Assembly: GCA_958295955.1 (NCBI GenBank)
Contig: OY282420.1
Location: 4,233,063 to 4,297,062, forward strand
Source: an uncultured Bryobacterales bacterium
GTDB taxonomy: Bacteria; Acidobacteriota; Terriglobia; Bryobacterales; UBA6623
Reading direction: 5' to 3'
DNA: 64,000 nt
This document shows, in pieces, positions 46,993 to 56,024 of the stretch (the first letter of the stretch is position 1; each line of letters starts with the position of its first letter). The position numbers and the translations under genes were made by a program. The notes below the pieces were generated by a model. That model had not been told where the DNA came from. It saw only the letters and a program-made list of their open reading frames with translations, and did no database searches.

Positions 46993-48412
46993 CCCAACCT
47001 TCGGGCTGCTGACGGAGGCGGAGCTTGTCGCTGAGACCGGGACGCCGCCGGTCCGCCGGATATCGCTTGCCGATGTCGTGCGGGAGGCCGCGAACGTCAA
47101 TCTCGACCTCGCTTCGGCCGAGCGCCGTGTCGCTGCCGGTATGCAACAGGTGAAGGAGGCGCGTTCGAATCTACTTCCTCAAGCGAACGTCTCGAGCCTG
47201 GGGACGTTCATCGATGGAGACCGCGCAAGCGTCGTCCAAGGCAAGCGGCAGATGCTTGGCGCCGTGGGCGTCCGGCAGGTGGTCTATTCCGAACAGGCGC
47301 GCTCCGGCTACGATATCGAGCGGGAACTCCAGATTTCGCGCGAGGAAGAACGATTCCAAACGCGCCTGGACATCGTTTCGGAGGCCGCTCAGCAGTACCT
47401 CGCAGTGCTTCAGGCCAAGACGATCGAAAACATACAGAAAAAGAATCTGGCGGTGACGCGGTCGAACCTGGGTCTTTCGCGGGCGCGCGTCGACATCGGC
47501 ACGGCCGGGCGCGACGAAGTGCTCCGCTGGAGAAGCCAGATCGCGCAAGATCGGCGCAACGTGATCGCTGCCGCCGCCCAACGCAATCAAGCCGAGATCG
47601 CCGTGAACCGCATCCTCAACCGCGCTCTCGAAGAGCCTTTCGGCACGGTCGAGGCCGGGCTGGACGATCCCCAACTGACGGTGAACTTCGAGGTCTTGAG
47701 GCCATTCGTCGAACGGCCGGCCGCATTTAAGCTTTTCCGCGAGTTCATGACCAGGGAGGCGTTGGAGGCTTCGCCCGAGCTCCGGCAGCTTGACGCATCG
47801 ATTCGCGCCCAGGAGCGCTTCCTGCTCGCCGGCAAGCGGGCCTTCTACGTTCCGACGGTCAACCTCGATGCGCAGTTGCAGACGTTCAAGAACGGCGGCA
47901 GCCCGTCGCTTGCGTCAGAGATGGGCCCGAATGGCGTGAACTGGACGGTGGCGGTCGAGGCGTCGTTACCCATCTTCCAGGGCGGCGCGTTGCGGGCGCG
48001 GAAGACCCGGGCCGAGATTGATCTGGATCGGTTCACGATCGACCGCGAAGCGACTCGCCTGCTGATCGATCAAAGAATCCGTTCCTCCCTGCATCAAGCG
48101 GGCGCGTCGTTCGCCGGCATCGAACTGTCTCTGGAGGCGGCCGAGGCCGCGCGGGAAAACCTCGAACTGGTGCGCGCTTCCTACTCAGCGGGAGTCGTTG
48201 GGATCGTTCGTGTGCTGGACGCCCAAACGCAAGCCTTGTCAGCCGAGTTGGAAGCGGCCAACGCCGTATTCGACCACCTGATCGATCTGATGGAAGTGCA
48301 GCGCGCGGTCGGCCGTTTCGACTACTTCCGATCGCCCGACGAGCGCGGCGAGTTGATTCGCCGACTGGAGGTTTTTTTAGAGGAGAAAGGTTATGGTGCT
48401 CGCGGCAGCTAG
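46964..48412 (+). CDS. TolC-family outer membrane efflux protein (no signal peptide of its own as annotated)
   Basis: ISLADVVREAANVNLDLASAERRVAAGMQQVKEARSNLLPQ plus a second OEP repeat, LELVRASYSAGVVGIVRVLDAQTQALSAELEAANAVFD. The frame is open upstream to 46883. Confidence 0.8.
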   Translation: MASARAVGVDPTFGLLTEAELVAETGTPPVRRISLADVVREAANVNLDLASAERRVAAGMQQVKEARSNLLPQANVSSLGTFIDGDRASVVQGKRQMLGAVGVRQVVYSEQARSGYDIERELQISREEERFQTRLDIVSEAAQQYLAVLQAKTIENIQKKNLAVTRSNLGLSRARVDIGTAGRDEVLRWRSQIAQDRRNVIAAAAQRNQAEIAVNRILNRALEEPFGTVEAGLDDPQLTVNFEVLRPFVERPAAFKLFREFMTREALEASPELRQLDASIRAQERFLLAGKRAFYVPTVNLDAQLQTFKNGGSPSLASEMGPNGVNWTVAVEASLPIFQGGALRARKTRAEIDLDRFTIDREATRLLIDQRIRSSLHQAGASFAGIELSLEAAEAARENLELVRASYSAGVVGIVRVLDAQTQALSAELEAANAVFDHLIDLMEVQRAVGRFDYFRSPDERGELIRRLEVFLEEKGYGARGS

Positions 48413-49526
48413 CTCGAAACGCGCTCTGATGCTGTGCGCGCCGGCGGTCGTGCTTGCGGCGGCGGCATGTACGGACGACGCGCCGCCGCCCGAGGAAGCG
48501 CGGCCGCGGCCCGTCAAGTACGTCGAGGTTGCCGCTCAAAGCGGCGCTCGAACGCGAACGTTTACCGGTTTCGCCAAGGCGGACACTCGCTCCGAAGTCA
48601 GCTTTCGAGTTACGGGAACCATGCAGCGCGTTTACGTCGAGCAAGGGGATTTGATGGAAAAAGGAGATCTGATTGCGGAAGTAGACCCGGTCGATTTCGA
48701 GATTCAGGTCCGTGAGATCGAGGCGTCCCTGGCGGAAGCCAAGGCCCGGTATGTATTAGCGAACTCCGAGTTCCAGCGGATTCAGCGGCTCTACGAAAAG
48801 GACAACGCTTCGCAAGGGGACTTCGATTCCGCCTTGGCCAAGCGGGAGTCGGCCCGCGCCGGCGTGGAGTCGGTCGAGCACCAACTGGAACGCGCGCGGC
48901 GGCAGATCGAATACACCCGGCTCAAAGCGCCGTTCACCGGTGTCGTCGTTGTGGTCAAGATCGAGGAGGGCGAGAGCGTCCAAGCGGGCGCGCCGGTCGT
49001 GGAAGTTGCGACCGGCGAGAAGCCTCAGGTTGAGATCGCCGTGCCGGAAGTCGCGGTCGCCGACATCCGCAAGGGGGACTCCGCAAAGATCCGCTTCTCC
49101 GCTGTCCCCGGAAGAACGTTCATGGGCCGCGTAGCGACGCTGGGCGTGGTTCCGAGCGAAGGCGTAACGACTTACCCCGTCACGATTGAACTGAACCGGT
49201 CGTGGGAACAACTGGACGGGATATCGAGCCCTATACGGCCGGGCATGGCGGTCGAGGCTGAGATGCAGTTCGGCGCCGCCGGCGGATTGACTCACGTGGT
49301 TCCCGCCAACGCCGTCGTTGCGGACCGCGAAGGCAAGTTCGTTTACATCGTCGAAGACGCCGGCGACGGGACCGGCAACGCTTCCAAGCGTTCCGTCGAG
49401 ACCGGCCGACTCGTCCCGGCAGGTCTTGAAGTGGTCTCCGGCCTCAGCGAAGGAGAGAAGGTCATCACGGCGGGTTTGAACCGGATCAAAGACAGGCAGC
49501 CGGTGCGTTTGCTCCCTCAAGACTAG
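48393..49526 (+). CDS. Efflux RND periplasmic adaptor (membrane fusion protein), lipoprotein
   Basis: Lipobox LAAAAC, biotinyl-lipoyl-like VSFRVTGTMQRVYVEQGDLMEKGDLIAEVDP, a coiled-coil hairpin, and beta-barrel PGRTFMGRVATLG. Confidence 0.85.
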   Translation: MVLAAASSKRALMLCAPAVVLAAAACTDDAPPPEEARPRPVKYVEVAAQSGARTRTFTGFAKADTRSEVSFRVTGTMQRVYVEQGDLMEKGDLIAEVDPVDFEIQVREIEASLAEAKARYVLANSEFQRIQRLYEKDNASQGDFDSALAKRESARAGVESVEHQLERARRQIEYTRLKAPFTGVVVVVKIEEGESVQAGAPVVEVATGEKPQVEIAVPEVAVADIRKGDSAKIRFSAVPGRTFMGRVATLGVVPSEGVTTYPVTIELNRSWEQLDGISSPIRPGMAVEAEMQFGAAGGLTHVVPANAVVADREGKFVYIVEDAGDGTGNASKRSVETGRLVPAGLEVVSGLSEGEKVITAGLNRIKDRQPVRLLPQD

Positions 49527-49536
49527 CGAGGCATCC

Positions 49537-52500
49537 GTGGATTTGACGCGCTTCGCCATCGCCAATAACCGCGTTACGGCCGTGCTTCTGGCCGCCGTGC
49601 TGGTCGCCGGCTATAACGCATACGCCACGATGGAACAGGCGATGGATCCGGGCTTCACGATCCGCACCGCCCAAATCGTCACCCGCTTTCCCGGCGCCGG
49701 CCCCGACCGCGTCGAGGAATTGGTCACCGACAAAATCGAGACGGCGATCCAGGAACTGCCCGAACTGGATTTTGTCACCAGTACGTCGAAGACCGGCATT
49801 TCGATCGTTTCCGCGAACGTTCGGAACGAGTTCACCGCAATGCGCCCGATTTGGGACAACCTTCGCCGCAAGGTGAACCAGGCCGCGCGCAACCTGCCCG
49901 AAGGCGCTAACCCGCCCGAGATCAACGATGAGTTCGGCGACGTTTACGGAACGATCGTGGCGATTACCGGCGACGGGTTCAGCTACCGCGAGATGAAGGA
50001 CTTCGCCAAGCAGTTTCGGGATAGCCTGTTGCGGCTCGACAACGTCGGCAAGGTGGAGATCCGGGGCATTCAGGAAGAGCGCGTCTTTATCGAGTACAAC
50101 GACGCCCGTCTGGCTGAGTTGGATCTGTCGGTGAGCCAGGTCGGCCGGATCCTTCAGTCCCGCAACATCCTCATCTCGGGCGGAAGCCTGCTGGCGGGCG
50201 ACGAGCGGCTGGAATTGGAGCCGTCAGGCAGCTTCAACACCGTAGAAGAACTGCGTCGAACCGTCATCAGCGCGCCCAATCGACCCGACTTGCTCTACCT
50301 CGAAGACATCGCCGCGATCACGCGCGGCTACATCGATCCGCCTTCCGCAAAGGTGCGGGCGAACGGCCGGCCCGCGCTTGCGCTGGCGGTATCGTTGCGG
50401 CACGGCGGCAATGTCGTGACGCTGGGCGAAGAGGTCAAATCTCTCCTGGCCCGCGCGCGGAATCAGTACCCGGTCGGTATCGACCTCGAAATCGTTGCCT
50501 TCGAGCCCGAGCGAGTAGCGAAGAAGGTCAACGAATTCGCGGATAACGTGCTGCAGGCAGTGGTGATCGTCCTCGTGTCAATGCTCGTGATGCTCGGCTT
50601 GCGGACAGGGCTCGTGGTCGCCTCTCTCGTGCCGTCCGCCATGCTGATGAGCCTGATGGTCATGCAGTGGATGGGGCTGGGGCTGAACCAGATGAGTCTG
50701 GCCGCATTGATCATTGCTCTCGGCATGCTGGTCGACAACGCGATCGTGATGAGCGAATCGATCATGGTCTCGATGTCCGAGGGCGCGTCCCCGGTGGAGG
50801 CCGCCGTCAACTCGGCGAAAGAACTCCGCATTCCGCTGCTTACCTCGTCGCTGACGACTTCGGCTGCATTCTTGCCGATCTACTTGGCCGAAGGAACGAT
50901 GGGCGAGTACACCGGCGTCCTTTTCGTGGTCGTTACGATCGCCTTGCTGTGCTCGTGGCTGCTCGCGCTGACGGTCGTTCCGCTGCTCTGCGCGCGGTTT
51001 CTGCAAGTGAAGCCGGTTGCGGGCGGGGACGCCTTCGATACGCGGTTCTACCGCATCTACCGCAGCGTGTTGTTCGCGCTGCTGCGGTTCCCGCCGGTCT
51101 CGTGCGCACTGGCGCTTGCAATCTTCTTGCTCGCGATGCAGGGCTTCGGCTCGATCCCCAGTCTCTTCTTTCCGCCCGACGATACGCCGATGATGACCGC
51201 AAAACTCGAAGCGCCGCTTGGGACGTCGATCGAGAAGACCGAGCGGTTGGTCGCCGACCTGGACGAGTTCGTCGCGTCTGAGCTGCTGCGGACGGAAGAC
51301 CGCCCGGACGGGGTAGTCAACTGGTCGTCCTATGTCGGCCAAGGGGCGCCGCGATTCACGCTGTCGTATGCTCCTCCGCCATCGAGTCCGGAGTATGCGT
51401 ACCTGCTCTTCAACTTGACCTCGTCGGACGTCATTCCCGACTTCTCGCGCAGAATCGAGCAGTTTTGCGCTGAACGCTACCCGTCTGTCATTCCAACGGT
51501 CGGGCCGCTCGCTCTGGGTTCCGTCATCGCCAATCCGGTCGAAGTGCGCATCTCCGGCCCCGACCGCGGCCGAGTGTTCTCGTTGGTCGACTCCGTCAAG
51601 GCCCGGATGCAGTCCATCGAGGGAACGAAGAACATCAATGACGACTGGGGCCGCCAAATCAAGAAGTTGACCGTCGTCATCGACGAGCCTCGCGCCCGGC
51701 GAAGCGGGATCACCCATCAAGACGTCGCGATGTCACTGCAATCGGTGCTGAACGGACACCAGGCAACCGAATATCGCGAAGGAACCGAGTTGATCCCCGT
51801 CACGATTCGATCCATAGCGGCTAACCGCCAAGACGTGTCGAAGTTGGAGAGCCTGAACGTGTATTCCCAAAACCAGGGAACTGCCGTGCCGCTCATGCAG
51901 GTGGCGGACCTGGCGATCGAATGGCAGCCGGCGAAGCTCCTGCGGCGCGACCGTTTGACCGCCGTCACTGTCTCCAGCGAGCTCGGCGCCGGCGTGACGG
52001 CGCCGGCGATTACAACTCCACTCGCCGCATGGCTCGAAAAGGAGCAAGCCTCATGGCCGCCCGGATATTTCTACGAGCTGGGCGGCGAATTGGAGGAGTC
52101 CGCGAAGAGTCAGAAAGCGATCTCCGACAAGCTGCCGTACGCCGGATTGTTCATCGTGATCTTGCTGGTCGCGCAGTTCAACTCGGTCAGGAGACCGCTG
52201 ATTATTGTCATGACCATCCCGCTCGCGCTGGTCGGCGTCGTGATCGGCCTCTTGGCCGCGAAGTCCTATTTCGGCTTCATGACGTTACTCGGCTTGATTT
52301 CCCTGGCCGGCATCGTGATTAACAACGCCATCGTGCTGCTCGACCGGATTGCAATCGAGATCAATGACAACGGACGCGAGCCGCCGCACGCAATCATCGA
52401 GGCCGCGCAGCGCCGACTGCGCCCGATTCTGCTGACCACGGTGACGACCGTCGGCGGTTTGCTTCCGCTCTGGCTGGGAGGCGGGCCGATGTGGGAGAGC

Positions 52501-52629
52501 ATGGCGATCGCGATTATCTTCGGGCTGATCTTTGCGACGCTGTTAACGCTCGGCGTCGTTCCCGTGCTCTATGCGCTCTTTTTCCGGGTGAGCTTCAAGG
52601 GTTTCGAATACAGGCCCGAGAGGAGTTGA
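49537..52629 (+). CDS. RND efflux permease (AcrB/HAE family)
   Basis: 1030 aa with the 12-TM AcrB architecture. Motifs include ALGMLVDNAIVMSE and GIVINNAIVLLD. GTG start. Confidence 0.95.
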   Translation: MDLTRFAIANNRVTAVLLAAVLVAGYNAYATMEQAMDPGFTIRTAQIVTRFPGAGPDRVEELVTDKIETAIQELPELDFVTSTSKTGISIVSANVRNEFTAMRPIWDNLRRKVNQAARNLPEGANPPEINDEFGDVYGTIVAITGDGFSYREMKDFAKQFRDSLLRLDNVGKVEIRGIQEERVFIEYNDARLAELDLSVSQVGRILQSRNILISGGSLLAGDERLELEPSGSFNTVEELRRTVISAPNRPDLLYLEDIAAITRGYIDPPSAKVRANGRPALALAVSLRHGGNVVTLGEEVKSLLARARNQYPVGIDLEIVAFEPERVAKKVNEFADNVLQAVVIVLVSMLVMLGLRTGLVVASLVPSAMLMSLMVMQWMGLGLNQMSLAALIIALGMLVDNAIVMSESIMVSMSEGASPVEAAVNSAKELRIPLLTSSLTTSAAFLPIYLAEGTMGEYTGVLFVVVTIALLCSWLLALTVVPLLCARFLQVKPVAGGDAFDTRFYRIYRSVLFALLRFPPVSCALALAIFLLAMQGFGSIPSLFFPPDDTPMMTAKLEAPLGTSIEKTERLVADLDEFVASELLRTEDRPDGVVNWSSYVGQGAPRFTLSYAPPPSSPEYAYLLFNLTSSDVIPDFSRRIEQFCAERYPSVIPTVGPLALGSVIANPVEVRISGPDRGRVFSLVDSVKARMQSIEGTKNINDDWGRQIKKLTVVIDEPRARRSGITHQDVAMSLQSVLNGHQATEYREGTELIPVTIRSIAANRQDVSKLESLNVYSQNQGTAVPLMQVADLAIEWQPAKLLRRDRLTAVTVSSELGAGVTAPAITTPLAAWLEKEQASWPPGYFYELGGELEESAKSQKAISDKLPYAGLFIVILLVAQFNSVRRPLIIVMTIPLALVGVVIGLLAAKSYFGFMTLLGLISLAGIVINNAIVLLDRIAIEINDNGREPPHAIIEAAQRRLRPILLTTVTTVGGLLPLWLGGGPMWESMAIAIIFGLIFATLLTLGVVPVLYALFFRVSFKGFEYRPERS

Positions 52630-52786
52630 GTCCGCAGTTGCCTGAGCGGACGGCCGGATGAGTCTTGCCGTCCGTCCGGGGACGGTCGGCAGCGTCGTTC
52701 CTGGCGGCTTGGCGGCCGCGGTTGTAAACTGGTAGTGATCCGGCTGAAGGCGTCCGCGGGCGTCCCCAACGGCTTGCGAGGGCGGC

Positions 52787-55700
52787 TTGTTGAAACTCAT
52801 AGCGCTGCAACTCACTCTTGCCTCGTTGCTGTTCGGGGCGCCGTCTCGCGACAAGCCCGTCGATTTCCAGAAGGACGTGCGGCCGACCCTGTCGGATCAG
52901 TGCTTCGCCTGTCACGGGCCCGATGAGAAGGCCCGCCAGGCCGGTCTGCGGCTGGACACGCGCGACGGCGCGTTCGCCGACCGCGGCGGCTACCGCGTGA
53001 TCGTTCCCGGCAACGCCGCCGCGAGCAGGCTGTACCGGCGCATCAGCCACGTCGATGAAACGGCGCGCATGCCGCCGCCGACGGCCGACCGCCGCCCCGG
53101 ACCGGAGCAGATCGAGACGATTCGCCGCTGGATCGATCAAGGCGCCGAATGGCGGACCCATTGGGCGTATGAGCCGCTCGACGGCAGCGGCGGCAGTTCC
53201 ATCGACGAGTTCGTCCGCGCCCGGCTTGGCGAAGAAGATCTGGCGCCCTCGCCCGAGGCGGACAAACGCACCCTGCTGCGCCGCCTGAGCTTCGATCTCA
53301 CCGGCCTGCCGCCCGACCCCGAGGATGTCGCCGCCTTTCTCGACGACCGTTCTCCTGAAGCCTATGAAAAGCAGGTCGACCGTCTGTTGCGCTCGCGGCG
53401 CTACGGCGAGCGCATGGCGCTGGAATGGCTCGACCTGGCGCGTTACGCCGATACGCACGGCTACCACATCGACAGCCGCCGCGAGATGTGGCCTTGGCGC
53501 GATTGGGTGATTCGCGCCTTCAACGAAAACAAGCCGTTCGACGAGTTCACCGTCGAGCAGATCGCGGGCGACCTGTTGCCCGATCCGACCCGCGATCAAC
53601 TCATTGCCACGGGCTTCAATCGCAACCACATGATCAACTTCGAGGGCGGCGCGATTCCCGAGGAGTACCACGTCGAGTACGTGATCGACCGCGTCGAGAC
53701 GGTATCGACCGTATGGATGGCGATGACGATGGGCTGCGCCCGCTGCCACGACCATAAATACGACCCCGTCAAGCAGCGGGAATTTTATGAGTTCTATGCG
53801 TTTTTCAACTCCATAGACGAAAAAGGTCTGGACGGCTCCACCGGCAACGCCGCGCCGGTACTGCCTCTTCCGGGGAAGGCGCAGGCGGAGCGGATCGACG
53901 AGCTCAAGGCGGCGATTCGCAGCGTCGAAGCCGACCTCCCGGCCGCGCGGATCGATCGGCAGGTCCGCGACTGGGAGCGCTTCGCGCGGGAGTCAATCCC
54001 GCGGGCCGCGCGGGAAGGTCTGGAAGGCCACTACGAAATGGAGGGCGGCTTTGCCGACTCCTCGGGCGGTTACCGCCACGGCCGCGTCATGCGCGGCGAG
54101 CCTCTCTTTCGAAAAGGCAACGCCGGGCTTGCCGCGAGCTTCGATATCGATACCCACGTCGTTTTCGACGGAACCGCCGCCGTGGACCTGTCGCAGCCGT
54201 TTACCGCCGCCTTCTGGATGCGCCCTGCGGGGCAAGTCGCCAAGCCGATTCTGCACAAAATGGACGATGCGCAGTCGGGGCGCGGCCTCGCCATCGCGCT
54301 GACCCGCCCGCAACCCATCCCCGACGCCCTGCGCAACGACTACGACATGATCGTCCGCCTGGCGTCTTCGCCCGAAGACGCGATTGTCGTCCAAACGAAA
54401 GAACCGCTGCACTCCGGCAAGGCTTACGCCGGCCTCTACCACGTCGCGCTTTCTTACGACGGTTCCGGAAAAGCCGGCGGCATTACGCTGCGCTTCAACG
54501 GCAAGCCGGCCGAGACAACGGTTCGTGAAGACTCGCTGCGCGGCTCGCCGCACGTCGAACGGCCCTTCGAAATCGGCGCCGGGCGCTTCGGCGGCCGCTA
54601 CACGGGCGCGCTGGACGACCTGCGCATCTATTCGCGCATGCTGACTGACCCCGAGATCGAGACGATCCGCGTCCACGAGCCGATTCGCGCGCTGCTGGCC
54701 GAGCCCTACGTCGCTTGCGCGGAGATTCTCGCAAACGCGCCGCCGCCGCCGGAGGACGATGTTTACGGAGCGAAGCCCGACAAGACCGTAAGCGAATGCA
54801 AAGCGAGAAAAGCCCGCCTGAAAGAATACTATCTGACTTATGCCGCGCCTGCATCCGAGCGGGCTCTCTACGCCCGTCTGCAAGCCTTGAACCGCGAGAA
54901 GAAGGCGCTGGAGAAGAAAATCCCCAACCTGATGGTGATGCGCGAGCTCAAGCAGCCGCGCGAGACGTTCATGCTGGGGCGGGGCGACTACCGCAACCGC
55001 GGCCGCAAGGTTGCGGCGAAGACCCCTTCGTGGCTGCCGCCGTTTCCGGACGGCGCTCCGCGCAACCGGCTGGGACTCGCCCGCTGGCTGGTCAGCCCCG
55101 ATCATCCGTTGACCGCGCGCGTGGCCGTCAACCGCTACTGGCAGATGCTGTTCGGTCAGGGCCTGGTGAAAACTTCGGAGGATTTCGGCTCGCAGGGAGA
55201 GACCCCTACCCATCCCGCATTGCTCGATTGGCTGGCGTCCGATTTCGCCGGCAACGGATGGGACATCAAGCGGCTCGTCAAGCAGATCGTCATGTCCGCG
55301 ACCTACCGGCAGGATTCGCGGTTGACGCCGGAGTTGCGCGAGCGCGACCCGGAAAACCGCCTGCTGGCCCGCGGCGCCCGCTACCGGCTTCCGGCCGAGT
55401 TTGTCCGCGACAACGCGCTGGCGGTTTCCGGGCTGTTGAACGACGCAATCGGGGGGCCGAGCGTGTTCCCCTATCAACCGGGCGGCATCTGGAAAGAGTT
55501 GGCCTACGGCGGTATGTTCACGGCTCAGGTTTACCGCCCCGACAGCGGCGCCGATCTCTATCGGCGAAGCCTCTACACCTTTTGGAAGCGCACGGTCCCG
55601 CCGCCGTCGCTGGGCGCTTTCGACGCTCCCGACCGCGAGAAGTGCATCGCGCGCCGCGCGCGGACCAACACGCCGCTCCAGGCGCTGGTGCTGATGAACG

Positions 55701-56017
55701 ACCCGACCTATGTCGAAGCATCCCGGGCGCTTGCCCAGAAGACGATCCTCGAGGGCGGACGCAGCCCGGTCGAGCGCATCCGTTACGCCTACCTGCGCGC
55801 CTTGGCCCGCGAGCCGAGCGCGGAAGAAACGCGCCTGCTCAGCGAGCTGTCCCGAGTCGAACGCGGCAAATTCCGCAAAGACCCCGAGCGGGCCGCGCGG
55901 CTTTTGGCAGTCGGCGATTCGGCTCGCGACCAACGGATCGCGCCCGACGAGCTGGCTGCATGGACCGCCGTCGCCGGCAGCATCCTCAATTTCGACGAAA
56001 CCATCAGCAAGGAGTAG
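52787..56017 (+). CDS. PSCyt1 (planctomycete cytochrome c) - DUF1549 - LamG-like - DUF1553 protein
   Basis: N-terminal FQKDVRPTLSDQCFACHGPDEKARQAGLRLD (single CxxCH). DUF1549-like DLARYADTHGYHIDSRREMWPWRDWVI and CARCHDHKYDP. Central LamG-like FTAAFWMRP...LDDLRIYSRML. The DUF1553-like C-terminus includes NRYWQMLFGQGLV. TTG start. Confidence 0.85.
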   Translation: MLKLIALQLTLASLLFGAPSRDKPVDFQKDVRPTLSDQCFACHGPDEKARQAGLRLDTRDGAFADRGGYRVIVPGNAAASRLYRRISHVDETARMPPPTADRRPGPEQIETIRRWIDQGAEWRTHWAYEPLDGSGGSSIDEFVRARLGEEDLAPSPEADKRTLLRRLSFDLTGLPPDPEDVAAFLDDRSPEAYEKQVDRLLRSRRYGERMALEWLDLARYADTHGYHIDSRREMWPWRDWVIRAFNENKPFDEFTVEQIAGDLLPDPTRDQLIATGFNRNHMINFEGGAIPEEYHVEYVIDRVETVSTVWMAMTMGCARCHDHKYDPVKQREFYEFYAFFNSIDEKGLDGSTGNAAPVLPLPGKAQAERIDELKAAIRSVEADLPAARIDRQVRDWERFARESIPRAAREGLEGHYEMEGGFADSSGGYRHGRVMRGEPLFRKGNAGLAASFDIDTHVVFDGTAAVDLSQPFTAAFWMRPAGQVAKPILHKMDDAQSGRGLAIALTRPQPIPDALRNDYDMIVRLASSPEDAIVVQTKEPLHSGKAYAGLYHVALSYDGSGKAGGITLRFNGKPAETTVREDSLRGSPHVERPFEIGAGRFGGRYTGALDDLRIYSRMLTDPEIETIRVHEPIRALLAEPYVACAEILANAPPPPEDDVYGAKPDKTVSECKARKARLKEYYLTYAAPASERALYARLQALNREKKALEKKIPNLMVMRELKQPRETFMLGRGDYRNRGRKVAAKTPSWLPPFPDGAPRNRLGLARWLVSPDHPLTARVAVNRYWQMLFGQGLVKTSEDFGSQGETPTHPALLDWLASDFAGNGWDIKRLVKQIVMSATYRQDSRLTPELRERDPENRLLARGARYRLPAEFVRDNALAVSGLLNDAIGGPSVFPYQPGGIWKELAYGGMFTAQVYRPDSGADLYRRSLYTFWKRTVPPPSLGAFDAPDREKCIARRARTNTPLQALVLMNDPTYVEASRALAQKTILEGGRSPVERIRYAYLRALAREPSAEETRLLSELSRVERGKFRKDPERAARLLAVGDSARDQRIAPDELAAWTAVAGSILNFDETISKE

Positions 56018-56024
56018 CGGCGCA

